A stretch of DNA of 64,000 nt from Perna viridis (GCA_037379345.1 CM074521.1:32264704-32328703); one strand, 5' to 3'; positions 50,059 through 62,649 are shown, counted from the stretch's first letter. Made by a program: numbers and translations. The notes: a model not told the origin generated them from the sequence alone.

Positions 50059-50830
50059 TATGACATTTTTGAAGAATTTTGACTTATGTATATACATACC
50101 TTTTTGAAGAATTTTGACTGAAATATATAAGTCGCAGTCACCACATAGTAGTAATATTACAAAAAATAGCATTTTAGTAAATAATTTTAGAATCTCATGG
50201 AAATCAAAAGTGCTGGCACTCATACATTTTGCAAGAATATGACATTTGTAATGAATTTTGACTAAATCTAATGTGTCGCAGCCACCACATGATAGTTATA
50301 TTGAAAAAATTAGCATTTTAGTCATTAATTTTAGACCCTCACGGAAAGAAAAATTGCTCGCACTTATACATTTTACAAGTATATGACATTTATAAAGAAT
50401 TTTGACTCAAACTAATATGTCGTAGCCACCATATAATGTTATATTGAAAAAATTAGCATTTTAGTCATTAATTTTAGACCCTCATGGAAAGAAAAATTGC
50501 TCGCACTCATACATTTTGCAAGAATATGACATATTTGAAGAATTTTGACTCAAATTATTGTGTCACAGCCACCACATCATATTTAAATTGAAAAATGTGG
50601 CATTTTAGTCATTAATTTTAGACCCTCATGGAAATTAAAATTGCTGGCACTCATACATTTTGCAAGAATATGACATTTTTGAAGAATTATGACTCAAATT
50701 AATATGTAACAGCCACTATATGATAGTTATATTGAAATAATTAACATTTTAGTCATTAATTTTAGACCACCATGGAAATTAAAAGTGTAGGCACTCATAC
50801 ATTTTGGAGAAGTTTAAAATTTTTTACTTA
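50040..50830. repeat. Tandem array, about 144-bp unit, about 5 units
   Basis: (c/t)atacatttt recurs at about 50221, 50365, 50508, 50652 and 50796. Confidence 0.85.
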
Positions 50831-51625
50831 AACAGAGGTGTCACAGTCCCTAATATGAAACAACATAATGATTTCTACATTTTCCACGTATAAAACCATG
50901 TAGGTAAATATGAAAGGTTCACACTTATATTCGTTGCTAAAAGTGGCATTTCGAAGAATTTGGACCGAAATATTAAGGTATCAGTCATCCATTTACTGCT
51001 AAAATTGTCAATTGTAACATTTTTTAGAATGATTTGTGACCCTAATTTCATTAAAAGTAGCTTCCACTCAAAAAGTACTCTGTCAATCTTGAACTGAAAG
51101 TTATCGGTAACCACTTTTACACTTAAAACGGAACCAAAGACCTTTAATTTTATAATTAAATAATTGAATTTAACCAATATCATATGTGTACGACAGAATG
51201 TAAAAGAAAATATACATGTAAACAATGCAGATTTTTGAACGATGATCGAGCGACTGGACCGTGATCGACGAAAATTTGAACGAATAATTGTGGAATGATG
51301 ATCATGACGAGCTCTATATAAAATGTACATGATATATTTAATTGGAAATTCAAAGTAAATTTTGAAATCAAGATTTTTTCCTAATCAGATTAGGCTATTT
51401 AGATTAGTCACTCAGTTTCATTTATTAATCGCGAACTTCCTGTTCTAAATTACGTCACAGAATAAAAATATTTGGTGTCTGGTGCTGTCCAGGGGTATGA
51501 CAGTTTAGAACAGCTTTTCGTATTTTCTTTGTCACGACCCAGGACAGTTTCTGTCAGGGAATAGGGCAAAATGTGTCCTGACCCAGGACAGCCTCTGTCA
51601 GACCCTGTCAGGATCTGTCAGGATT

Positions 51626-53085
51626 TCAAACCACATGCTCATGTATTCACGTTCAAATCACATGCTCATATATTCACGTTCAAACCATGTGCTCATGTAT
51701 TTACGTACAAACCATGTGCTTATGTATTTACGCACAAATAATGTGCGCATGTATTCACGTTCAAATCACGTGCTCATATATTCACATTCAAACCATGTGC
51801 TCATGTATTTACGTACAAACCACGTGCTCATGTATTCACGTTCAAATCATGTGCTCATGCATTTACGTACAAACCATGTGCTCATGTATTCACGTTAAAA
51901 TCACGTGCTCGTGTATTCACGTTAAAACCATGTGCTCATGCATTTACGTTAAAACCACATGCTCATGTATTCACGTTCAATCCATGTGCTCATGCATTCA
52001 CGTTCAAACCATGTGCTTATGTATTTACGTACAAATCATGTACTCATGTATTCACGTTAAAATAACGTGCTCGTGTATTCACGTTAAAACCATGTGCTCA
52101 TGCATTTACGTTAAAACCACATGCTCATGTATTCACGTTCAATCCATGTGCTCATGCATTCACGTTCAAACCATGTGCTTATGTATTTACGTACAAATCA
52201 TGTACTCATGTATTCACGTTAAAATAACGTGCTCGTGTATTCACGTTAAAACCATGTGCTCATGCATTTACGTACAAACCACGTGCTCATGTATTCACGT
52301 TCAAATCATGTGCTCATGCATTTACGTACAAACCATGTGCTCATGTATTCACGTTAAAATCACGTGCTCGTGTATTCACGTTAAAACCATGTGCTCATGC
52401 ATTTACGTTAAAACCACATGCTCATGTATTCAGGTTCAATCCATGTGCTCATGCATTCACGTTCAAACCATGTGCTCATGTATTTACGTACAAACCATGT
52501 GCTTATGTATTTACGTACAAATCATGTGCTCATGTATTCACGTTAAAATAACGTGCTCGTGTATTCACGTTAAAACCATGTGCTCATGCATTTACGTACA
52601 AACCATGTGCTCATGTATTCACGTTAAAATCACGTGCTCGTGTATTTACGTACAAACCATGTGCTCATGTATTCACGTTAAAATCACGTGCTCGTGTATT
52701 CACATTCAAACCATGTGCTCATGTATTCACGTTAAAATCACGTGCTCGTGTATTCACATTCAAACCATGTGCTCATGTGTTCACGTTAAAATCACGTGCT
52801 CGTGTATTCACATTCAAACCATGTGCTCATGTATTTACGTACAAACCACGTGCTCATGTATGCACGTTCAAACCATGTGCTCATGTATGCACGTTCAAAC
52901 CATGTGCTCATGCATTTACGTTCAAATCATGTGCTCATGTATTCACGTTAAAATCACATGCTCGCGTATTCACGTTAAAACCATGTGCTCATGCATTTAC
53001 GTTAAAACCACATGCTCATGTATTCACGTTCAATCCATGTGCTCATGCATTTACGTTCAAACTATGTGCTCATGTGTTCATCTGC
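51626..53085. repeat. 27-bp minisatellite (accatgtgctcatgtattcacgttcaa), about 54 units, with a 6-unit higher-order repeat
   Basis: 9-codon periodicity in ORF 51687-53114; a 162-bp block of variants repeats. Confidence 0.95.
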
Positions 53086-54555
53086 ATAAAAACGAAATTT
53101 TATTTTTTATATAAAGGGATAATCTAAAACACCAGAGGTTTTTTTCCCTTTGTTTCGATAATGCCGATATGACAGACATGTGGTATTATAGTATCACTTT
53201 TCTAGTATCATGGATTTACTTTTCTTTTTGCACATGTCAATGGAAAAAGAACGGATATAGTGATAAACAACAAGTGCACCAGCTTATACCTTAAATCCAA
53301 AAACATTAAACACCTTCAAAGGTTACTATAAGGTCTTCTACAAGTTTGAGCACATATTTAAGTAAGTTTGAAAGGCCCTTGCGACACGAGTAATAGATCT
53401 ACGGCAACATATCTTTTACGCTGCAGGTCAGGTGGAACGACAAGAAGCATAAGTAAGTTTACCAGTGTTTTTCATTAATTTGCTTATAAAATTTATGTTA
53501 TGCACAGTATAAGAGATAAATAAATGTAATCAATGAAGACAGCATATGTAAAGTTGCAGTGTGGAATTTAAGATTGGGTAGCAGGTTTTTTTATTAATGA
53601 AAAGTCATTAATTTCTGCTTTTATTTCAACTTCAATTTAGAGTTGTTAAGATAATGAAACAAATTGTTTTGTTTAATGGGTATATAAATCTTTCTGTCAG
53701 TGTATCTGTCCTCTATTTTTACATATCCGCTAAGCGCTTTTACTACAGGATCTTTTTCTCTAAAAAATAGAGAAACAAAAAGGTTGAGGTTCATGTGCAT
53801 GTGCGTGTAGTAGCTGTTGATGAACTCTGTAAAGGGTGACAAAGCATCTTAAAAATAATAGGCATGAACATTTGGTTATTTCAAAGCGCCAAATAATATT
53901 TGATTTAAGGTTATAAATAATAAAAAATGTGCAAAGAGAACCTAACGTGTTTACATAAATTTTAATTTTCGATGGTTACTGTATTTGTGTGTAACGTAAG
54001 TTCATGACAAGCATTCAAAATTGTGTAACTATCAGTGAAATAGTGTCTGAGAGATTATCAAATTTATCATATTCAAGGTCAGATAAAGTGTCCAGGTCAT
54101 TTGTACGTGTAAGGTAATCTCAGTCAAATGGTCAAATGTTTGTAGCTTGCACCGACAAAATTGCAGTTAGTAAAGAATGTTTTATGGCTTCGAATGCCAT
54201 GCTCTGGTTTGCTTTAACACTTCTAAATGTATTTTTCATTTAGTTAATTTTATATTTAAGTATTGGACTGTCAGATTATTTATATTGCATTTTCGAAGCT
54301 ATTTTACATATATTTTTAAAAATTACTTTTTTTTAAATACACAAGAAAATATCAAATATGTATCTGTCATAAGTTGCTGTTATAAGTAAACATTACATTC
54401 ATTTGCGAGAACTTAATCAAAAGCTGTTATCAATATTAAAGATAAAACCATGTGATCGAAATGTGATAAATTGTTATTTATTCACATTCCGTAATAATGA
54501 TATATTAGGAATTTTAAAATCTCATATTTTCATCGTTCGGATATATAAAATAACA

Positions 54556-57500
54556 ATGGGCCCATTGTTAGTTTTGTCCGGATGTCTGTTGTGTTTTGTT
54601 GGTATATTTGGGCAAGATCCACCATGCACCGGAAGAGATCAGTGTTCCTGTGTTACTGCTGACAACAAAGTTATAGACCTATCCTCTGTTGGAAACAATG
54701 ATGGATCATCAAAGTAGGTACTGTTGAAATAGTTCTATAAAGGAAAATTTGCTTTAAATGTTGTATTCAAATGTTTGTGTTTAAAATTTGTAAGTTTGAT
54801 TTTTTGACGGTTAGAATTAGGGATCATCTTTTCGTCGATTCATTTGATAAGTATTATTTTACTTATTCTTATATCAAACAATGTCATACATACAGTATAT
54901 CATAGCTGAACATCTTTGACCTAATTACAACAGTAAGTTTACCGTAATTGACCATATTACATGTTACAACGCTTACTTCTTCTGTTATAATCCCTTTTTG
55001 TTTTTCTTTTTGTTTTAAATGTTTTTTTTTATTTCTCTTTATTTTGCGTCTTCATCATTTTCATCCCTAGAGTTTTGAAGATTTGAACACGGCTTTGTTT
55101 TGTTTTTCGTGACGAGATTCCAAATTTTATTTGTGATAGATTTACGGACATACAGGCAGCTGATGGTTACATGTATTCATACAACCCGTGTTATCCTTTC
55201 TCAGAACTGGCTTGCAATGATCAGTCGGTGAGTATACTATACAATCCTTAGGATGAGACCAACATTTTTTCTCTTTGGATTGGGTTGGTGTGTGACCATA
55301 AAACTTTTGGTTAGTGAGAAAAAAATGCATTTAACGCTAGCACCGCTGGAGTTGTATTATTTGAAATTGTTAACTAATGGGGAAATTATTGAATCATACT
55401 TTGTTCTTTTTAAGGGTAAAGATTGTTCTTTTTAAGGGTAAAGAAAACTTATTTTATCAAGCCAAACTCCACTCGCTGATGAAATCATTGTTGTTTTTAT
55501 CACTTATCATTTATTTTGTTTTCAGTGAAGGACTTTTACTGTACTTATGTAATGTGTATGAACAGTGATGTGTACATTATTACTACGCGAAATCAAGGTT
55601 TTGTTACATCAGAGTCTACTGTTTATATATTTATATTTACTTTCAAGGTATAATTCATGTACATAGATCATAATGCAGATTATTTCCTGTTTTTAACTTT
55701 CATATAAAGTGCAATGTTGATCATTTTTTTTATATTTTACATGATAAGTTGTCGATAACATAAATAAACTGTTAGATCTACAAAAAAACCCGGACAAGTA
55801 CACTACGTGCAAGACGCTACCTCAGTCGTGTTTCTAACGACGACATAAATTTTAGTGTGCAAACAGAGCACTAAAGGTTACAAGGTATAGTACCATTTCT
55901 AATTGTCAGGTTTGTCAGATCCCAACAGATAGATCAACATCTTATCAGGCTGGAGATGCCAACTCAGCTGTGTTTTCCAACGACGGAATAAATAACCACG
56001 TCCTCTACTCGTCAACAGGGCCTGATGGAGGTACAAGGTACGGTTACTTCACCACTATATGACCCACTGATGTCCTTTTATAGGTTTTAACTGGTCTATT
56101 GCTGACATTTCAGTTAGTTAATCGCTTATAATCAGTTTAGTCATTTCTGTGTTAACAAGGGACCAAGATCTTTTTGAACAATATTTTTCGTGTGTTTGAT
56201 TAGGTGTATTTTTTTCCACAGTTGCCACATTGCAGATAGGGTATGATTTGTACCCCTGCCACATTTTTACGCCTATCCCAAATCATGAATTTATAGCTTC
56301 CGTATGTTTTGTTTCGTTCAACTTACTCTTTGCTGTTATGTTGCTGGAGTTAAAATGAACTATGTTTTCGTAGCTTTGCATAATGATGTGTTTGGACCAG
56401 CTGTAGCATGCCTTACGGTGTGAGGGTTTCTTCGTCGTTGACTGAAGAGCCATGGATGGCTCTGAGCTGGCATTGTTCATCCCGGTTGGGTTATTGTCTC
56501 TTACATATTCACCATTCACGGTTTATGCTATCGTCATTTTAAACCGGTTATGTCTATCCATTTATAGTAACTATTGATATAGTAAATAATCATATTGTTC
56601 ATTACCCAAGGCTCTACCAGATATTTGGTTTTCTTTCAGGTGATGAAAGTGCAATTCTTTCTCAATTCCACTTGTGTAATAATTTCACGAGTGTCCTCAC
56701 TGTCGTTGTGTCTGCAAAGTGCACAGTAAAAATCCTTACTAATTTACTCACAGCAGTGAAGGGTGAACCCGTGAATAACTGTTACAAACTATTTTGTTGT
56801 TGTTCATTTCATAGCTATTCTTTTGCACAGAATAATGCATATTCCAATCAACGTTTTAATAATAATATCATTGCTTTTGATAAATAATGGTTAAAATTAT
56901 TTTTCATTGTGCAGAAATCAAAATATAAAAAAAAAAAAAAAAAATTGTGATACGGTATAGGTCTTTGGACCAAACGATGTAGTTTCCAAGTATCCTAAGA
57001 TTGAGTAGGATTTTTGTTTCCTTTCATTGTAGATCCACCGATGTAACCCTTGTGTGTGACCAAAGAGCCTCAACACCGTCTTTCCAAGCTCTAGGGGAAC
57101 AGAGCGCGGGTACATATGTTAGTACTTATGCACAAACAGTTAGATGAATTCGAGTACATATTCTTGATAAATAGCAGTGAAAAACGCAAAGCTAATAAAA
57201 TTTGTGTAAAGTAGGCTATTAAAATTCGAGTTGATGAGTTCATTCCGTGGAATTAGTTTTATATGACAGTTAAAGTAAATAGAAATTATCATCATCGGAA
57301 TATTTTTAAATTACAAAAATGTAAAAAGATAAAAGAAGGATACAACATTCGAGAGGTAAAAAACGGATTTGAAGAAATGTTGTTCTTTGTGGGTTTGGTC
57401 AGAAAGCTTACGGACGTAAATACGTGAACGATACATTCAGGTGAACATAAATATCCGCAAAAATAAGATACTCATTTCAACTGATTGCTTTGCAGTATTT

Positions 57501-59622
57501 AACATTAACGACAAAGTGCGCATGCCCAGATGGATGCGTTGGTGTTGGACCAGGGCAAGGAGATAAAAGTAGTGACGGTGGTCTTAGTATCGGATCAATT
57601 CTTGTCATAGTGTAAGTCAATCAAATTGTATATGCTGATTTCTATCAATTTGTCTTGACGTGCAGTTCTTTTTTTTTTCTTGAATGAGGAAAAAAAGATT
57701 TCCGATGTTACACAACTTTGCACGTTTGTCCATATCAGTCATACTTAATTCAACAAAGTTGTTATAAATACTTAACAGTGACAGCTTTTTCATGTATTTT
57801 ATCCTGAAATGTTAGTACCTGTAAATATAGTGTAAAATCGTTATTGTTATTTGTACAATACGACCGTACTTTTTAAAGGACACAATAACGGACTTCAATA
57901 CTTACCCGTATTGTTCCCCATTATTAGCAGTTAAAAGTGGTGGAACTACATTAATGCACGTGACACACATATTAAATTTCTATTAAGCTTGTTGTATAAT
58001 TTGTGACTTCTAATGCTATTCATAGAAAAAAATTTTATATTCTCAATTAAATTGGGACATATGTGGCTCAGTCTACGTGCTTTCAAGTATATTAGGTAGG
58101 CATAGCAGATTGGCAAATATTACATGAAATAGGACACATATATGTTGAACCATGATATTCGGTACATTCATCATATATACTGAAAAATCTAAATAAAAAA
58201 TTGTATACAAGAAGTACTTGAATTCAAGTATATTCAATAAAAATGATTTTTAAGAGTACAGTTCATATTTGCGAACTATTAATGTGAAATATCATAACAC
58301 CTTTGTGCCTATCGGTCGTTTGGGGCCTTATATTTGGAAATCTAAAATATTTTGGTTATTTCGTCTCAGTGTCAAAGCTTTATGGAAACTATATTATACA
58401 TATTTTACCTTCATTCATTCGTACTTGTGAAAATAAAGTAGTTTATACTACAGAGTGATAATTGATCGTGTTCTATTGATACTAAAATTGACAGCATATA
58501 TAGAATAAGAACAAATACTAAATATACTTCTTAAATCGCATTGCAAGAAAAACAATGCAGAAATTATGTTCCTTAATCAAAGTATTTGGTTTATCGTATT
58601 TTTTTTTTGTTATTTCAAGCTATTCAATCCAATAAGTCGAAATATGAAGAACGGTTTGACGTTAGAAATCAGTCATTTCCGTTTGACGTTAGAAATCAGT
58701 CAACTCCGTTTTATTCTAAAGCCGAAAACTGGAATATTTATTCAATAATGAAATCATATTAATATTACAATTCCTTGAACAGTTAGAGTGTTATGTAAAA
58801 ATAATTATTGATCAATTCACAAGGCCCCCGTTACTTTTATAACGATATTTTACAGGGTTGTCTCCACTGGTGGTGTCTACTTTACTGGCGGAGTTGTTTT
58901 TATGATGTTAGTTAAAAAAGCCCGTGGAAAAGATGCCATACCAAACAGTGGATTTTGGGTATCTGTACCAGGAAATGTCAGGGTATTTGTCATTATCGTT
59001 ACTGGGTTTCCTATTACTGTAATTATACAGACTTAATGTGTTAATTGATTCTGTCGGTATGTACAATAACTTGTCATTCGTCCCTAGTACACTAAACGAT
59101 AAAAATTATAAAAAGAAATACGTGTATAACGCTTTGAAGTATATGCAGATGTTGACTGTCATTGTTTGGCGGTATTTTACAATATACATGGTTACAAAAT
59201 TGAGTGATTTATACCATTACGGTAGCCATTACCAGTTTCTTAGGTATCAGAACGAGTTCCAATACGCACAACTATCATTTTTATTATATTTTGTTTTGTT
59301 CTGCAGTCTAATTGTATATCGGCTGTCATTTGCACATAGAATAAAGTTTGCTTTTTAAGGTTTGTGTAAACTGGATTTCAATAATCTGTAAGATTTATAT
59401 TTCTATATGAAAAAAAAGAATGCTATATATCCTTAGTACGATTAAAAAAAGTTCTTAATATGGAAGAAAAAAGTACAAATTGCCTAGTATATAATATATG
59501 AATAAAAAAAATGTTCATCCAAATTTGACCTAAATCTGGGCTTACTTTAATTTCAGAATGGTTTCACGTTTGTGTACTGTAAAATCAGAGGACAACAATT
59601 TACTGCATATTCATCTGTATAA
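54556..59622 (+). CDS. Cation-dependent mannose-6-phosphate receptor-like / Atg27-like sorting receptor, 255 aa. Exons 54556-54713, 55140-55227, 55910-56037, 57033-57117, 57496-57611, 58856-58982, 59557-59622
   Basis: Signal peptide; MRH-domain motifs IDLSS, YSYNPC, VCQ, RSTDVTLVC, YYLTLTTKCAC; GLSIGSILVIV..VYF.GG TM; G.DAIPN..FW...P..V.NGF tail; C-terminal YSSV. All introns GT-AG; 768 nt = 256 codons. Confidence 0.88.
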
Positions 59623-60243
59623 CATAACATAAAATACGTGATTCTTAGGATTGATATATAACCAATTAATTCTCGTATGTAAAAACTTCTGTTCTTCAAG
59701 TTTAATGAATTTGCTTTTAAAATATGAGAATAGACACTTGTGACTAGCTAGACTGAAAGTGACAAATAAAAATCTTATCCTTAAGAATTTTATGCTGTAG
59801 GTCTGTGTATTATCTACAGAATCAAATAACGTGAGGTTTTCTAAAATCCCATTTTTAACCTTACGAATAGCTTCAGCTATATCATTTTTAAGTTTTATCT
59901 GGTCTAATTCATTATACGTTCGAAGTCCGGAAAGTTCTTTGTATATGGCGGAAATATTTTACACATAACTTGTGAAGTAAATAAATCCATATTAAACCGA
60001 AAATTCAAAATCTAATCAACAGGCAGCTTTGTAGAAATTCCAAAAGGGATTGCCTTTCCTACATTATAAGAAAATTTCTGATTCGAATAGAATAACACAA
60101 ACAAATCTATTCTTTTCCAAGGCGGATTAGCAAGTGTAATATCGGATGGAGAAATATGCGTATGTACCTTGCAACTTTTCCTTAACATTTCCATGACTAT
60201 ATTGTATGAAGCAGGAAAAAAAAGCGAAACAAAATACATTTGA

Positions 60244-60770
60244 TGTTTGTTTGTTTGTTTGTTTGTTAGGGTTTAACGTCCGAGCAGCAATATTTCAGCT
60301 ATATTCAGACGATGAACATGAAATTGATGATAATATGAACATGAAATAATGATGAAATGAAAAAGGGATGGGACACAAGGACAATTGGGTCGACAAATTT
60401 TGATTGCCACTGGAAATAGGGAGAGGTGGGTAGGTTCGGGTAATTTAGCCTCCTGTGGCGGAGCCCTTTGGTTCCTACTCCGGGAGAATACCACAGTAGG
60501 GTTCTTTAACGTGCAAGGAACGTGGCATCTTTCCCAACACGGTGCACCACTATGGTTTTCGGCCAGGTTTTCCGTATTATAGCCTGACAACCCCAGCATG
60601 TAACACGCAAGGGGTACCCTATTCAACCACCTGGGGCACACACCCCAGTTGCTCTGTGGGCAAAGCGCCCTAGCCCCCGGCTAGGGTTCTGAGCACTATT
60701 TAGTCGCCTTTTACGACAAGCTTAGCGCTGCTGCAGGCCTATTCTTTTAACACCCGGACCTGCACGGGGC
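60244..60770 (-). mobile_element. Family A short retroelement, copy 3 (most complete)
   Basis: 12-bp TSD aaatacatttga at 60232-60243 and 60771-60782; (AAAC)n tail; internal GCACGTTAAAGAACCC motif resembling the MetaSINE Meta domain. Confidence 0.88.
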
Positions 60771-60859
60771 AAATACATTTGAAATGTGTGTATATTTTTC
60801 AATGATAAATATTATTGTTAATATATTTTCATTTATTTAACCCAATAAGTATAGAAATA

Positions 60860-61170
60860 TTGGATGTGGTATGATTGCCAATGAGACAGACATCCACTAA
60901 ATACCACATAACGGACAATCAAAATTCTACAGGTCACCACACGGTCTCCAATGATAAGCAAAACCCATACCTTAAAGCGATCTGTAAAGGCCCCAAAACA
61001 TATGAAGTGAAATTATTCGTGAAAGAAGAAAATTGACCTTATCTATAAAAAACAACAATGATCATAAAAAAACCACGACAACCACTGGACTACAAGTTCC
61101 AGGCTTGGGGCAGGCACATAAAGTATGTGGCGAGGTCAAACATGTTCGTGTGCGCTCAACCCCACCACCA
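60860..61170. repeat. Dispersed repeat (Helitron/HINE-like); related fragments near 9360-9430, 48885-49050, 56235-56520 and 63798-63825
   Basis: gatgtggtatgattgccaatgagaca..ggtcacc..cc(tg/ag)(a/g)cttgg..caggca..gg(tt/tc)aaac motifs recur across these loci. Confidence 0.45.
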
Positions 61171-61563
61171 TAATATGGGATTATTTGGTTGAAATGCAAA
61201 GGTAAAACGTACTATAAAAATCTGTCGAATATGGATTTAACGCTTGAGATCGCTACAGACTGCAAACACCTTAACAAATAGGACAAAGGACAACAAGCTC
61301 CTCTACCTACCTCAATAGAGTGTTCTTTAAAACTCAAGAGCAACAGATAAGTGTACCCAGTATACTCAAAAGTATTCATGGAACTCGTCAATATGGTTTA
61401 GTGAAAAAAAATATCATGAAATATCTAAGGAAAACAAGGTCTGCGTGCAAATGCCTTGATACAAAGCATTGACGTCCACATGGCACATTAACACAATTAC
61501 GTCACGCGGGATTCGTTAATCTTGAACTTTATGAAAGTGTAATTTTGTTTATTTTCTTCCTGT

Positions 61564-61850
61564 ATTGCTGTAGAACGTCCCTAATAAGTATACTTTTAAT
61601 AGGTCTGTACCAGTTCAAATGCAAATGCGAGTGTTTGTAGAAAAAGCAGAGGTAGCTTACCCTACTGGCGTATCTGATCCATGATCCCAGTTGTTAGTGG
61701 AGTCCGAGTTGCTCATTTACTTTTGTTACTTTGTATGTATTATGTTTTTTTTAATATAACATCTAGTTATAGTTATAATTATCAGTTAAAGTGCAGAACA
61801 AGTTTCGATAGAATGCACAAGCGTACTTATTAGGGACGTTCTACAGCAAT
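61564..61850. mobile_element. MITE with perfect 27-bp TIRs carrying a nested Penelope-derived fragment (about 61640-61745)
   Basis: attgctgtagaacgtccctaataagta (61564-61590) and its exact reverse complement (61824-61850). Confidence 0.75.
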
Positions 61851-62019
61851 TATCATTCTATACTTGTTCAATTATTCCAATGCCCTGAAAACAACATTTG
61901 TGAGTTTGTAAACAAATGAATTATTTCTGTAAAACAAAACACATACACCCGCATAATGACATTACAAAAACGTTTGGGAACACGGACCAGATTTAACGAT
62001 TGTGTAAGCATTTTGTGGA

Positions 62020-62275
62020 ACAAATCAGTTATGATGCAGATGGATATACCGTTGCGATATTACGATACACGCGTTTTTGATGGCGACCATAAAACGTATG
62101 TAGTGATGACCTCAATCTTATAGTAAATAACCGTGTTTCAGAAGCCTAAATGTAAGAAGTCTTGCGCGATTCAAAAAGTCTCTGTAGTTACGGCAAGTTC
62201 TGGCATAACGTATGTGTTGTGATAAAAACTCCACACGCGGGTGCTGAAGGGATGTTGCCACAAATGATGATATTT
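62020..62275 (-). mobile_element. Degraded Penelope-like RT fragment
   Basis: Minus frame FICGNIPSAPACGVFI, with nucleotide similarity to 10480-10570 and 11790-11915. Confidence 0.65.
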
Positions 62276-62649
62276 TGGTTATTCATTTTTGTCCAAACAA
62301 AAATCGAAAATGTATTACCAACAGAAAGAGGTGTGCAGACAAAATATCTCAAAGTAATTGACTTCAGTTTAAGCTTAATTCAAAATGTTCACTGGTATCA
62401 CCGAAAGAATATAAATGAGTACGATAATAAAGCAAATCAGCCACCTTGAACACACATCTCTCTTTGGTGTATCTAATAGGTAAAGGGTATGGTCTATTGC
62501 CAAAATAGTGTGTTACCATTTCATAGTAGAAAAAAATTGTATTTTAAAATTCTTAAATCGATATTTGAAAAGACAAATTTGATATCGGCCTAATATGGAT
62601 ACTTTTGAAGAGAACCTTGTGACTCGTGTCGAAAATCAGCACTATTGCT

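Larger units (their letters stand above)
49300..51630. mobile_element. Putative non-autonomous DNA transposon remnant(s): CTGTCA/TGACAG-rich terminal clusters (49300-49533 and 51475-51630) around tandem arrays
   Basis: Dense ctgtcagg / cctgacag motifs at both ends; tcctgacagatcctgacag (49491-49509) is the reverse complement of ctgtcaggatctgtcagga (51605-51623). Confidence 0.45.

Noticed and set aside
51687-53114. 475-aa Cys-rich ORF as a metallothionein- or keratin-associated-like gene
   Set aside because: It is entirely the 27-bp minisatellite, with no signal peptide, splice context or unique flanking coding sequence.
53385-53456. Possible remnant of exon 3 of the M6PR-like pseudogene (HIFYAAG..GGTTR, followed by gtaagt)
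   Set aside because: Similarity is too short and frame-broken to support by eye; needs tBLASTn.
56440-56475. Hammerhead-ribozyme-like CTGAAGA-GCCAT..ATGGC
   Set aside because: No GAAA follows the stem II candidate. The CTGATGT motifs in the PLE fragments (44270, 62733) also lack a complete core.
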